NCBI GenBank assembly: GCA_014382365.1 | Contig: JACNJW010000024.1 | Location: forward strand, 225 to 64,224 | From: SAR324 cluster bacterium | GTDB taxonomy: Bacteria; SAR324; NAC60-12 | Direction of reading: 5' to 3' | DNA: 64,000 nt | Part shown: piece by piece, positions 39,119 to 49,600 of the stretch | Layout: every line of letters begins with the position of its first letter | How positions within the stretch are numbered: position 1 is the first letter of the stretch | Notes under the pieces: model-generated | Told to the model about the DNA's origin: nothing | Databases searched by the model: none | What the model saw: only the letters and a program-made list of their open reading frames with translations | Position numbers and translations under genes: made by a program

Positions 39119-40477
39119 TCAAGTTCCACTCACAGTCAATGTTTCAATTTTAAAAGCTGGTGTGAGAATCGAACTCCGCTCATCGACTTCACTGCCAATC
39201 ATTTTTATATTTTTCAACATCTCGGAAAAAGTACCAGCAATTGTGAATTCGCTTACCGGCTCCGCCAATTTACCGTCACGAATCCAAATCCCCTGTGCAC
39301 CACGAGAAAAATCACCTGTCGCTATATTTGCTCCCTGACCAGACATGGATGTCAAATATAAGCCATTTTTCACACTTCCAATCAACTCCTCTTCAGAATA
39401 ATCCCCAAGTTTTAGAATCAGGTTGGAGATTCCTCCTGAATGTCCATTGGAAGTCATACCTAGTTTGTTTGCTGAATATGTTGAAAGCATATAATTTTTC
39501 AACACTCCATTTTCAATCAAAATCAATGGTTTTGCCTCTACTCCTTCATTGTCAAAATGACGACTGCCCAGCTTTCCGGGCAACAGAGGGTTGTCACTCA
39601 AATTGATTGTTGAAGCAGCAATTGACTCATTTAGCATGTTCAATAGGAATGACTGCTTACGGAATAAATTCTCTCCCATGAGTGCAGACGCAATTTTACC
39701 CAAAAAACTTTGTGCCATTTCAGGACTGAAAATTACCGGAACTTCCTGACTCAAAGGTTTAACTGCTCCAAGTTTTCGTAAAGTTCTATGGCAGGCTTTT
39801 TCAACAATTTCCTGGGCAGGTATCAAATTATTGTGAAATCGAGCGGCACTGTACCAACCGTCTGTTTGCTTACGTCCAATATTGGTTGAATCACTTGAAC
39901 CGGTTGACGTTGATTCAACATCATCTGCAATCATTGAGACACCGAGACTGTAGAGAGTTTTTGTCTCACCCTCAAGAAAGCCATTTGAATCTGCATGTAC
40001 CATGTGAGAAATACTGTCAGAGTAGAATGACTGATCTGTTCTTAGTCTTTTGTCAGAATTAACTGCCAGCATTTCCAAATCTAATGGAATTTGCACTTTT
40101 TCTTCTGTTGACAGTTTGTCAAAATTTGGATCTAGAAATTCTAGGTTAACCGCTGCACGACCTTGCAATTTAGGATCAGGCAGGCTGTAACAATCATCTT
40201 TTCCCATGTGAGGCAGCGCATCCAAAGTTGAACGAATTAACGGTGCCAGAGTCTCGAGCCGCAGATCATTGGAGGAAACCGTGGACCTTCGCTTGTTCAC
40301 AGAAACTGTCAGGTGAACTCCTGAAGAACCTGATTCCTGAAGAGATTCAATTTTCTTGTCACGGACATCAACTTGAAAAGAGGTTGAGTTGGCAAGCGAT
40401 ACCGAAACTAGATCGGCTCCATCACTGACTGCCAAGTCAATGATGTCTCTTGCAACAGTTTTATATTTTTCTAACAT
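39119..40477 (-). CDS. pmbA: TldD/PmbA-family metalloprotease
   Basis: 452 aa with the PmbA/TldD architecture. Conserved C-terminal region (GDFSRGAQGIWIRDGKL...). Confidence 0.75.
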   Translation of the reverse strand: MLEKYKTVARDIIDLAVSDGADLVSVSLANSTSFQVDVRDKKIESLQESGSSGVHLTVSVNKRRSTVSSNDLRLETLAPLIRSTLDALPHMGKDDCYSLPDPKLQGRAAVNLEFLDPNFDKLSTEEKVQIPLDLEMLAVNSDKRLRTDQSFYSDSISHMVHADSNGFLEGETKTLYSLGVSMIADDVESTSTGSSDSTNIGRKQTDGWYSAARFHNNLIPAQEIVEKACHRTLRKLGAVKPLSQEVPVIFSPEMAQSFLGKIASALMGENLFRKQSFLLNMLNESIAASTINLSDNPLLPGKLGSRHFDNEGVEAKPLILIENGVLKNYMLSTYSANKLGMTSNGHSGGISNLILKLGDYSEEELIGSVKNGLYLTSMSGQGANIATGDFSRGAQGIWIRDGKLAEPVSEFTIAGTFSEMLKNIKMIGSEVDERSSILTPAFKIETLTVSGT

Positions 40478-40710
40478 CTATATTTGTTTTTGAGAATGAT
40501 TTAAGAACCTGTGAAGTTTGTTTGTTTATCTTAAGACGACATTTTAGAGACTGAAGATATCTCATTTTATATGCAGAATATAATTCAAATCAGATGCTGT
40601 TGATCATTAATTCATCCAGCCTGCATTGAGTTTTATTTATATTTGTTGTCTTGATTTTTATTGGCAATTCTATGCTTAATAAATTAGCTGATCTTACCTG
40701 ATATATTTCT

Positions 40711-40786
40711 GCTCCCATAGTTTAACTGGATAAAACAGGGGTTTCCTAAACCCTAGCTCCGTGTTCGAGTCACGGTGGGAGCGCCA
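40711..40786 (+). tRNA. tRNA-Arg (anticodon CCT), CCA encoded
   Basis: GCTCCCA / TGGGAGC acceptor stem. D-arm GTTT..AAAC. Anticodon stem GGGGT/ACCCT with loop TTCCTAA (anticodon CCT). T-arm CCGTG-TTCGAGT-CACGG. Discriminator G followed by CCA. Confidence 0.85.
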
Positions 40787-41041
40787 ATACAATATTTTCA
40801 AGTTTCTAGCAGTTCTGTTTTTCATGGTTGTTGATTTTACAATCTGCAGTAGACTAAGCAGTTTTCGTTGATTAATCAAGCATATTTAGCTATTAGCATC
40901 TGCTAATAACTAGATACATAATCAAAACCACACTAATAATAATACAACATTAATAAAAAAAGGGTTGCCTTTTTCAGGTCTACATGATCTCATATTTCAT
41001 TGTAATTTAATGAAAACTCTAGTCACAAATTTAGCGAGTAC

Positions 41042-41791
41042 ATGTTGGGAAAGAAAGTCATAAATTTAAAACAATACTTCTTGGTAGGCTTGTTTGTATC
41101 AGCATTTTTTTTGGCATTAAATACTACCACAGCATACGCAGAAGAACAGCCCATTGCCTTCAGTCATAAACTTCACACAGTACAAAACGGAATTGCCTGT
41201 CAATATTGCCACCTTTATGCACGCCGCTCTTTTTCATCAGGAGTTCCACCTGTCAGTACCTGTATCGGTTGTCATGGTCCCAAAGAACAAAAATTAGTGC
41301 AGCCTGACAGCAAAGAGGTCAATAAGATGCGAACTTTTTGGTCTGATAAAGAACCTATTCCATGGGTCAAAATACATGACGTACCGGATTTTGTTCGTTT
41401 CCCTCATAAAGAGCACATTAATGCCGACAGCAATCGATTACTGGATGATGCCGGAGCAGGATGTGACACTAAAAATGCACCTCGCAGTTTAGAATGCAAG
41501 TTGGCTCAGTTCAGGACTGGAGGTGACCAACGTTGTCTGGCCTGTCATGGAGATGTTCGTCAAATGGAAGTAATCACACAGGTTGATGAAAATTTTGGTA
41601 AAATGGGCTGGTGTATGGAGTGTCACCTGCAGGTGAAAGGTGCCAAAGAAAGGAAACGTACAGGAAGTACAATTGCCGGTTGGTATCACGCCAAAGAAAT
41701 GGACAAAAAACGTGAAGCTGCAATTGGATTAGTAAATGAAAAAGGTTATCACAACCCAAATATGCTTGACTGCTACACCTGCCATTATTAA
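41042..41791 (+). CDS. actA: alternative complex III subunit ActA, pentaheme cytochrome c
   Basis: N-terminal TM anchor and five CxxCH motifs (CQYCH, CIGCH, CLACH, CMECH, CYTCH). First gene of the actABCDEF series. Confidence 0.85.
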   Translation: MLGKKVINLKQYFLVGLFVSAFFLALNTTTAYAEEQPIAFSHKLHTVQNGIACQYCHLYARRSFSSGVPPVSTCIGCHGPKEQKLVQPDSKEVNKMRTFWSDKEPIPWVKIHDVPDFVRFPHKEHINADSNRLLDDAGAGCDTKNAPRSLECKLAQFRTGGDQRCLACHGDVRQMEVITQVDENFGKMGWCMECHLQVKGAKERKRTGSTIAGWYHAKEMDKKREAAIGLVNEKGYHNPNMLDCYTCHY

Positions 41792-41806
41792 AGCTAAGAG
41801 AGAAAA

Positions 41807-44779
41807 ATGAAGAAGGGCCTCAGCCGAAGAAATTTATTCAAATATGTGGGTGCCGGCAGTGCAACTGCTGTTGTTGCTGGTTGTGAAAACAAACCGGAAA
41901 AATTAATCCCCATGTTGGTTCCGCCAACGGATTATGAATATACTCCGCAGACTGCATACCAATACATGACCACCTGCAGAGAATGTGATGCAGCTTGTGG
42001 AATGATGGTCACAACCCGGGAACATCGAGCCCAGAAAGCAGAAGGAAACCCCAATCACCCGCTAAATCAAGGGGCACTCTGCGCAAAAGGGCAAGCTTCA
42101 TTACAAACTCTCTACAATCCCAGCAGACATGCCTATCCACTGGCAGATGGGAAAAAGATTCCATGGCAAGAAGGCCTGCAACAGTTTTCTGCACTGACTC
42201 AAACAGCAGCAGGTGCAATAGCTTACCTGGGTAAACCTGCCGTTGGCAGTGAGGGAGACTTTCTGGACGAATGGCTGCAGGCGGCAGGCGGAGGAAAACG
42301 TGTAGATTTTGAGCTGTTGTCACAAAACAGTCAGGTTGAGGCAAATCAAATTGCTTTTAACCGTGCCGATGTTCCAGAATACGCTTTTGAAAAAGCAGGT
42401 TTAATCCTCAATTTCAGTGCCGATTTTCTCGAAACGTGGGGGAATCCTGTCGAAAATGCACGACGTTTTGCAGATATGCATGCCTACCAAAAAGGCAACA
42501 AAAATAAATTCGTCCATATCTCTCCACACGTTTCTCTGACAGGAGCAAAAGCTGACCGTTGGGTAGTAATTAATCCGGGAACCGAAGGCTTGGTCGCTTT
42601 AGCAATTGCTGCAGTTATTCAGCAGGAAAATGGAAGTCACACATTCCTCAAGGCTTACCTCGAATCATACTCTCCGGAAAACGTGGCAGAGGAAACAGGA
42701 GTTTCTGCTGAAGCCATTAGAGGTCTTGCAAAAGAGGCACTGGAACATGGACCTTTACTGGCAATTGGCGGTGGCAATGTATCTGCAACAAAGCAGAGTG
42801 TTGAAACTCTGGTTGCAGTAAATATATTAAATGCTGTCTCCGGAGCACTTGACAAGACACTTCGTTTTTATAACCAAACTGCTGTTAAAAAATCAACTCA
42901 TCAGGATCTGTTAGAGTTAATCAGTGATCTCGATGCCGGAAAAATAAAACTACTCATCATTGACGATTCCAATCCTGTTTATGCTCTTCCTCCTTCAATG
43001 GGATTTGCCGAAGCTATAAAGAAGACTTTCGTGGTCAGCCTGGCCTCCCAAAAGAGTGAAACAACACACGAGGCAAATCTGGTTTTACCTGCATTGACAG
43101 CCTATGAAAGCTGGGGAGATGCATTCCCGCGAAGTGGAGTAAAAAGTATTCAACAGCCTGTGATGTCAGCAGTGAATACCTTTGACGCAAAAGCCCGTGA
43201 AGATATTTTAATAAATACAGTTCAAAGCATAGATAAAACGGCATTCTCTGGAAATTCGAATTATCTGGATTTTCTTCAAGATAAATGGAGTAAAATTCAA
43301 CGTGAACTTGGAGACACAAGAAGTTTCGAAAATTTCTGGATTAGTATTTTAGAAAACGGTGGGATCTATGAGAAACCAAAATTCGCTCGAACAGCTTTAA
43401 GCAGAAAAGTTACTGCTGTCAAAGTCAGTAGTCCTGAGTTAGTCGGCCAAGAAGGTTTGACGCTGTTGCCCACAACTTCACTTCTTCTAGGAGACGGTAG
43501 TGGCGCCAACAAGCCCTGGTTGCAGGAAGTTCCCAACCCGATGAGTCAGATTGTATGGGATTCATGGGTTGAAATTAATCCGGACACAGCACAAAAACTT
43601 GGAATCAATGACCGTGCGATAATTGAGGTAAAGACACCTCATGGCTCTGTACAGGCTACTGCTTATTATCATTTTGGTATTCACAGGGATGCAATTGCAA
43701 TCCCTATGGGACAAGGACATCAACATTCCGGAGAAGTGGCTGACGGTTTCGGAATCAATGTGATGCAACTCTTGCCTGGCGAATTTGACAACGCCGGTAA
43801 TCTAAGCTTCGTTGGTGTACAAGCTGAGCTGAAGCTGATCAATGAAAAATCGTACACCGTTAATACAGACGGAAATGCCAGACAGTTGGGTCGGGAGATT
43901 GCTGCAGCAACTACTGTTGAAGAATTGGCACATCCTGAAAATCATGGAAGTGCACACAAGCGTCCAACTGAATTTTATCCTGACCGTTCAGAAACAGCTG
44001 GTTATTACAAACCATACCGCTGGGGAATGACGATTGATTTGGACCGTTGTAACGGTTGTTCCGCCTGTGTTGTTGCCTGCTATGCAGAAAACAATATACC
44101 AGTTGTTGGAAAAATCAGAACTGCAATTGGGCGAGAAATGTCCTGGATTCGTATGGAACGTTACATTGAAGGCTATGGCGACGATTTTGAAACACGTTTT
44201 TCTCCAATGCTTTGTCAGCAATGCGGAAATGCCGGTTGCGAAACAGTATGTCCTGTCTATGCCACATATCATAATCCTGAAGGATTGAACGCAATGATCT
44301 ATAACCGTTGTGTTGGTACACGCTACTGTTCTAATAACTGTGCATATAAGGTGAGACGATTCAACTGGTTTAACTACGAATTTCCTGCTCCGCTGGATCA
44401 ACAATTGAATTCGACAATCACTACACGAGAAGTTGGAGTGATGGAAAAATGTACATTCTGTGTACAGCGTATTAAAACTGCAAAATATGATGCAAAAGAT
44501 CTTAGCCGTGATTTGGAAGATGGTGAAGTTTTGACAGCATGTCAGCAGACTTGTCCCACGAAAGCCATTACCTTTGGAAACTTGATGGATCCGGAGAGTA
44601 AGGTTGCCAAAAGCGCTTTGCGGGAAACTGCAGATAAAAGGGACCGCCAATATGAAGTGCTTGCTGAATTAAATTACAAACCTGCCATTACCTACCTGAA
44701 AAAAGTTAACACCAGAGAGGTTCTCGGTCACAATTCAGAAAACCACGATTCTCATCAAAATTCAGAAAATCACGGATAA
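41807..44779 (+). CDS. actB: alternative complex III subunit ActB (fused molybdopterin-oxidoreductase-like B1 + 4Fe-4S ferredoxin-like B2)
   Basis: Tat signal RRNLFKYVGAGSATAVVAGC. MopB-like domain without an obvious Mo-ligand context. C-terminal multi-cluster Cys motifs (CNGCSACVVAC, CQQCGNAGCETVCP, CVGTRYCSNNC, CTFCVQRI). Confidence 0.85.
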   Translation: MKKGLSRRNLFKYVGAGSATAVVAGCENKPEKLIPMLVPPTDYEYTPQTAYQYMTTCRECDAACGMMVTTREHRAQKAEGNPNHPLNQGALCAKGQASLQTLYNPSRHAYPLADGKKIPWQEGLQQFSALTQTAAGAIAYLGKPAVGSEGDFLDEWLQAAGGGKRVDFELLSQNSQVEANQIAFNRADVPEYAFEKAGLILNFSADFLETWGNPVENARRFADMHAYQKGNKNKFVHISPHVSLTGAKADRWVVINPGTEGLVALAIAAVIQQENGSHTFLKAYLESYSPENVAEETGVSAEAIRGLAKEALEHGPLLAIGGGNVSATKQSVETLVAVNILNAVSGALDKTLRFYNQTAVKKSTHQDLLELISDLDAGKIKLLIIDDSNPVYALPPSMGFAEAIKKTFVVSLASQKSETTHEANLVLPALTAYESWGDAFPRSGVKSIQQPVMSAVNTFDAKAREDILINTVQSIDKTAFSGNSNYLDFLQDKWSKIQRELGDTRSFENFWISILENGGIYEKPKFARTALSRKVTAVKVSSPELVGQEGLTLLPTTSLLLGDGSGANKPWLQEVPNPMSQIVWDSWVEINPDTAQKLGINDRAIIEVKTPHGSVQATAYYHFGIHRDAIAIPMGQGHQHSGEVADGFGINVMQLLPGEFDNAGNLSFVGVQAELKLINEKSYTVNTDGNARQLGREIAAATTVEELAHPENHGSAHKRPTEFYPDRSETAGYYKPYRWGMTIDLDRCNGCSACVVACYAENNIPVVGKIRTAIGREMSWIRMERYIEGYGDDFETRFSPMLCQQCGNAGCETVCPVYATYHNPEGLNAMIYNRCVGTRYCSNNCAYKVRRFNWFNYEFPAPLDQQLNSTITTREVGVMEKCTFCVQRIKTAKYDAKDLSRDLEDGEVLTACQQTCPTKAITFGNLMDPESKVAKSALRETADKRDRQYEVLAELNYKPAITYLKKVNTREVLGHNSENHDSHQNSENHG

Positions 44780-44810
44780 CAAAATGATTCAAGGAGCATA
44801 CGGAGCATAA

Positions 44811-46268
44811 ATGGGAACAACTGCGGAATATAACGCAACCGCCGGAAAGGTGGTCATTGATGAGCATCAAGGGCATCCTGGAATCAAGGCTACCACCTTG
44901 GATTACGGACAGATTAATGATGAGATGCTGGCAATGCTGGACAAGCCGCGTCCTTCATACTACCTTTTGCTGCTTGGTTTTTTAATGGCTTTGGGACTTG
45001 GTGCATTGAGTCTGGCTATTCAAGTAGATGTAGGTATTGGCTACAGCGGAATCAGTCATCCTATTGCCTGGGGTTTTTATATTACAAACTTCGTTTTCTG
45101 GATTGGAATTGGCCACGCAGGAACTTTGATATCTGCAGTATTTTATCTGACTCGAGCACCATGGAGAACAGCAATTTACCGCAGTGCAGAAGCCATGACA
45201 GTTTTTGCCGTGATGACAGCAGGGCTTTTCCCCTTGCTGCACACAGGACGCCCATGGCTGGCCTACTGGTTGATTCCATATCCAAATGAAAGGATGCTCT
45301 GGGTCAATTTCAAGTCTCCACTTGTCTGGGATGTCTTTGCAGTCACAACCTACATGTCCGTTTCAATCATGTTTTTCATGCTGGGTTTGATTCCGGACAT
45401 GGCAATTTTACGTGATGAAGCAATTCGAAAAGGTAAAAAACTAAAAGCTCTGATTTATGCCCCAATGGCTTTAGCCTGGCGAGGTACTAACCATCAGTGG
45501 ATACATTACATGCGTGGATATTTAATTTTTGCCGCATTGGCAACACCGCTTGTATTTTCGGTACACTCCATTGTTTCCTGGGACTTTGCAATGTCTTCTG
45601 TTCCAGGTTGGCACACCACCATCTTTGCACCATATTTTGTAGCTGGAGCAATTTTTTCCGGACTTTCCATGGTAATGACTGTTTTGATTCCAATGCGAGC
45701 AGTCTTTGGTTTACAGGATTACATCACAAATCATGTAATACAAAGCGTTTCAAAGATGATTATTTTTACTTCAATGATTGTCGGCTACGCTTATGCTTCT
45801 GAATTTTTCATTGGTTATTACAGCGGAAGTCCTTTTGAGCGGGCGATTTTTTACTACCGTCCTTTTGGTGAAATGGAAAGTTGGACTTTATTAGGAGAAA
45901 ATCAAATCAACTTTCCACAAATTGCATTTTGGCTGATGGTTTTTTGCAACGTGATTGCACCAATACCTCTCTGGCGCTGGAAAATCAGAAACAATGCCTT
46001 AGCAGTTTGGATAATCACAATTTTTGTCAATATTGGAATGTGGTTTGAGCGTTTTAATATTGTCGGCAGTTCATTACAACACGAATACGATCCTGCAGCC
46101 TGGGGTGAATACTGGCCAACTGTAGTTGAAGTAGGCATCACTGTTGGCAGTTTCGGATTCTTTTTTACACTTTTTACTTTATTTGCCAAGAGTTTACCAC
46201 CAATGGCAATAATGGAGTTGAAAGAAGCAACTAATCCTCCTATGAGAAACGCTGCAAAAGGTCACTAA
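44811..46268 (+). CDS. actC: alternative complex III subunit ActC (NrfD/PsrC-like polytopic membrane, quinone-interacting)
   Basis: 485 aa, about 10 TM helices, NrfD-family-like. Position in the operon. Confidence 0.8.
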   Translation: MGTTAEYNATAGKVVIDEHQGHPGIKATTLDYGQINDEMLAMLDKPRPSYYLLLLGFLMALGLGALSLAIQVDVGIGYSGISHPIAWGFYITNFVFWIGIGHAGTLISAVFYLTRAPWRTAIYRSAEAMTVFAVMTAGLFPLLHTGRPWLAYWLIPYPNERMLWVNFKSPLVWDVFAVTTYMSVSIMFFMLGLIPDMAILRDEAIRKGKKLKALIYAPMALAWRGTNHQWIHYMRGYLIFAALATPLVFSVHSIVSWDFAMSSVPGWHTTIFAPYFVAGAIFSGLSMVMTVLIPMRAVFGLQDYITNHVIQSVSKMIIFTSMIVGYAYASEFFIGYYSGSPFERAIFYYRPFGEMESWTLLGENQINFPQIAFWLMVFCNVIAPIPLWRWKIRNNALAVWIITIFVNIGMWFERFNIVGSSLQHEYDPAAWGEYWPTVVEVGITVGSFGFFFTLFTLFAKSLPPMAIMELKEATNPPMRNAAKGH

Positions 46269-46786
46269 TGAGTAAATTTACAGGAGTATGGGCAATTTTT
46301 GAATATCTGGATGAGACCACAGAAACCATTGAACAAGTTCGTAAAGAGGGTGTTCAACCAACTGTGATCTCTCCATGTCCGCGCCACGAAATTGACCATG
46401 CATTGGGAGAACCAACTACAATTGTTCCCTGGATTGCTTTGGCGTTTGGGGCACTAGGTTGTTTTATTGGTTACAGTTTACCAGCCTGGACTGCTTCAGA
46501 CTGGGTTTTGCCTGTCAGTGGAAAGCCCATCGTAGCAATTCCGCCATTCACTATAATTGGTTTTGAGTTAACAATTTTGTTTGCAGCAATCCACACATTA
46601 GCAGGTCTGGCACTTTTAGGAATAATAGACTCATTTCGTTTCCCTATACCAAAAGGGGCAAAAGACTATCCTCGTTTTCAGCGAGATCGTTTTGGAGTTG
46701 TGGTTCGGTGTGAAGAATCCAAACTGGAAGAGTTTGAGAACCTCATGAAAAAGAATGGTGCAGAGGAGGTTCATGTTGAAAAATAG
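46268..46786 (+). CDS. actD: alternative complex III subunit ActD
   Basis: 172 aa with TM helices. Overlapping start/stop (ATGA) with actC. Position in the operon. Confidence 0.7.
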   Translation: MSKFTGVWAIFEYLDETTETIEQVRKEGVQPTVISPCPRHEIDHALGEPTTIVPWIALAFGALGCFIGYSLPAWTASDWVLPVSGKPIVAIPPFTIIGFELTILFAAIHTLAGLALLGIIDSFRFPIPKGAKDYPRFQRDRFGVVVRCEESKLEEFENLMKKNGAEEVHVEK

Positions 46787-47459
46787 TAGACATTACCCAA
46801 ATAAATATTTTTTGATAACCATCATTGCAGCGATTTTATTGACCTCCGCTTCAGTTGGAGCAATGGAACAGTATCCATACTTTGATCCACAAAAAGGTTA
46901 TGGAATTGAAAACGATGCTCTCCCCTGGTTTGACGGTAAGGACTATCCTTTCTTTCGCGAAATGTATGATGGAAAAAGTATCAAACCACAAGAAGAAGGA
47001 AGTTATCAGAAGTTTCCTGAAAAGTCAGTACCAGTGCGTCTGGTTTTGGGGAAAGTAGTTAAGATTTTTGATCCATTTGTTCCTGCAGTTTTCGGTGATG
47101 GTGCAGGTACTAGAGGTAATCCGAGAGAATTTACACCAAAAAATCCAACACAGGCAAGTGCAGATTCTCTTGCAAGAGGAAAAACACTTTATAATACTTA
47201 CTGTGCAGCCTGTCACGGTGAAGATGGACAGTCGCAGACAGTGGTAGTTGAAAAAGGTGTTCCGGCACCACCAATCACTGCATTTTTTAAAATGTCAACT
47301 GCTGCTCCGCACCTCTACAATAAAATTAAATACGGTAGTTTTTTCCAGGAACCACGCGGTTTTATGCCTTCATACGGAGCACAAACTTCGGTAAGGGATC
47401 GTTGGGACATGGTCAACTATATGATGAGTGATACGTTCGGTAAAGGTTCCAGTCAATGA
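46755..47459 (+). CDS. actE: alternative complex III subunit ActE, monoheme cytochrome c
   Basis: Single CAACHG heme motif. Signal/anchor N-terminus. Position in the operon. Confidence 0.75.
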   Translation: MVQRRFMLKNSRHYPNKYFLITIIAAILLTSASVGAMEQYPYFDPQKGYGIENDALPWFDGKDYPFFREMYDGKSIKPQEEGSYQKFPEKSVPVRLVLGKVVKIFDPFVPAVFGDGAGTRGNPREFTPKNPTQASADSLARGKTLYNTYCAACHGEDGQSQTVVVEKGVPAPPITAFFKMSTAAPHLYNKIKYGSFFQEPRGFMPSYGAQTSVRDRWDMVNYMMSDTFGKGSSQ

Positions 47460-48733
47460 AAGATATAGCAGAAAAATCTCTTTTTACAATTCCAGATAAT
47501 ATTAAACGACTCCTATGGGTCTTCATAATTTTGGGTGCAGGCATGTTTTTCGTAGGCCTCTTAACAGGAGGTGAAGCTGGACTGGAAAGAACGTGGCAGG
47601 CATTTTTGATTAACACTGTCTTTTGGGCAGGAATTGCGCATGCAGGAATATTTTTTAGTGTGATCTGGCAACTGACGGATGCAAAATGGGGACGTCCCTT
47701 CAAACGTCTGGCAGAAGCATGTGCTGGCTTTCTTCCTTATTCATTCGTAATGTTCATCATAGTGTTTTTTGGCAGCGGAGTTCTTTATGAATGGACTTAC
47801 AACCCCTTTTTACATCATGGTGTTGCAGTTAAAGCCGGCTGGTTAAATTTACCGTTCTTTGTTAGCCGTAACATCGCCTGGCTCCTTTTAATCTATGCTG
47901 TTTCCTGGTGGTTTGTAAAAACATCAATCAAGCCGGACATTGCACTAGCCCGCAAATTGTTGGGTTCAGATTGGGGTGGAAAATTTGCGGACAAAATGTT
48001 GGATGGATACGGAGATCACGAAGAAGAAGTGATACGTCTTGAATTACTGTCCAGAAAAATTGCTCCTGCACTGGCTTTACTTTATGCTTTTGGTGGATCA
48101 TTTTTGGCTTGGGATTTTATCATGACTCTGGATCAGGAATGGTTCAGTACACTTTTTGGAGTTTTTTTCATCGTCGGCAATATGCATGCATTTATGGGAC
48201 TTTTGCTGGTCATTGCTGTTACAGTGAGAAACCGATTTGGAATTGAAGAATACATTACAATTAACCGTCTGCATGACTTAGCAAAGATGGTATTTGCATT
48301 TTCGTTGCTTTGGGCCTATATGGGCTATTCACAATACATTGTAATCTGGTATGCAGATTTGCCGGAAGAAACACCTTATTTGGTAATTCGCTCCATGGAG
48401 CAGCCATGGGCTACAATGTTTTTGCTGATTATAATTGGTGTTTTTGCAATTCCATTTCTGGGTCTGCTGCCTAAAACATTGTGCCGCATTCCGAATTACA
48501 TTCGGGTAATGGGTATCTGGGTCGTTATTGGACAGTGGTTCGTAGTTTACCTGATGGTGGTACCTTCACTGCAGGATTTTGGTCATTATCACGTTAGTAT
48601 GGGCATGCACGAATTACTGATCACTCTTGGGTTTATCGGTATATTTTTCCTCAGTTACCTAACTTTCCTCGGCAAAGTACCTATTATACCCATTTCAGAC
48701 AAACACTTGTGCCGTACCTGGCATGGCCATTGA
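47456..48733 (+). CDS. actF: alternative complex III subunit ActF (NrfD-like membrane subunit)
   Basis: 425 aa, about 10 TM helices, paralogous in character to ActC. Overlaps the actE stop. Confidence 0.75.
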   Translation: MKDIAEKSLFTIPDNIKRLLWVFIILGAGMFFVGLLTGGEAGLERTWQAFLINTVFWAGIAHAGIFFSVIWQLTDAKWGRPFKRLAEACAGFLPYSFVMFIIVFFGSGVLYEWTYNPFLHHGVAVKAGWLNLPFFVSRNIAWLLLIYAVSWWFVKTSIKPDIALARKLLGSDWGGKFADKMLDGYGDHEEEVIRLELLSRKIAPALALLYAFGGSFLAWDFIMTLDQEWFSTLFGVFFIVGNMHAFMGLLLVIAVTVRNRFGIEEYITINRLHDLAKMVFAFSLLWAYMGYSQYIVIWYADLPEETPYLVIRSMEQPWATMFLLIIIGVFAIPFLGLLPKTLCRIPNYIRVMGIWVVIGQWFVVYLMVVPSLQDFGHYHVSMGMHELLITLGFIGIFFLSYLTFLGKVPIIPISDKHLCRTWHGH

Positions 48734-48856
48734 TCTGTTGCATTGCTACGCAGCAAATAACTTAAACTGAAGCAGAATACCTTTTTTCGGCCTGGATTAT
48801 TTTTTCTGCATTCAGCTGAGTTATTTTCGCTGCGTGTACCTTCTCCATTTTTTTTA

Positions 48857-49594
48857 ATGAAATATTTTCAGCTGCAAACACTGCTGATTGCTTTATCCTC
48901 TTTCCTGCTGTTAACATCCACAGTGCTTGCTCAGGACGTCACTATTGATGAAGACGACTCTGATAACCCCTATCTTGATCCTGCTGCTGCAAGTGAAGCT
49001 CTTCAACCTACAAAACGTACTGATTCAGTCAGAGCTTATATGCTCGGCATCAGTTATGGATTAAACCCGATCATCATTCTTGCACCTGCTGTTAGTCTTG
49101 GAGTGTATTGGGATCCGTTTGTGATTGGTACGGAAATCAGTGATTCAGAGCTCTTTGGAATTTGGGAAAAAGAGCGACGGGAAAACTTCGGCACATCCAG
49201 ATTCAGAGAAGAAACGCTGTTTTTAAAATGGTTTTATGGAGAGAATTTTTACCTCATGGCTGCCAGAGAACACCGTACGATCAATTTGTACAACAGAACT
49301 TTCAACCGCATTACTGGGAAAGCATTGTTTGACATGCATTTTGAGACTACTGTAGCCAGTCTGGGAGCAGGTCTACTGCGCTTCAATGATATCGGCTTTT
49401 TAGCAATCGATATTCTACGTTACAATCTCACGCACAAACAGTCCGTAAAAGTAGTAGAATATTGGGAAACATGGAGTCTACTATCAGGCTCAAGAGCAGA
49501 TCTTGATGCAAATATAAAATCACGCACCGACAAATGGAATGACATTCTGAAAGCACCAAGTGGATTTGTGGTCACATTTGGATTCTACTTTTGA
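48857..49594 (+). CDS. hypothetical secreted protein, probable small OM beta-barrel
   Basis: Signal peptide (LLLTSTVLAQD). C-terminal ...VVTFGFYF with terminal Phe. Confidence 0.5.
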   Translation: MKYFQLQTLLIALSSFLLLTSTVLAQDVTIDEDDSDNPYLDPAAASEALQPTKRTDSVRAYMLGISYGLNPIIILAPAVSLGVYWDPFVIGTEISDSELFGIWEKERRENFGTSRFREETLFLKWFYGENFYLMAAREHRTINLYNRTFNRITGKALFDMHFETTVASLGAGLLRFNDIGFLAIDILRYNLTHKQSVKVVEYWETWSLLSGSRADLDANIKSRTDKWNDILKAPSGFVVTFGFYF

Positions 49595-49600
49595 AATCAG

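Noticed and set aside
40694-40879. 61-aa minus-strand ORF
   Set aside because: It overlaps tRNA-Arg(CCT) on the opposite strand and lies in a non-coding leader, so it is spurious.
43988-44650. 220-aa minus-strand ORF
   Set aside because: It is antisense within actB, whose ferredoxin-like Cys motifs are unambiguous on the plus strand. Its Cys-rich composition mirrors the sense strand.
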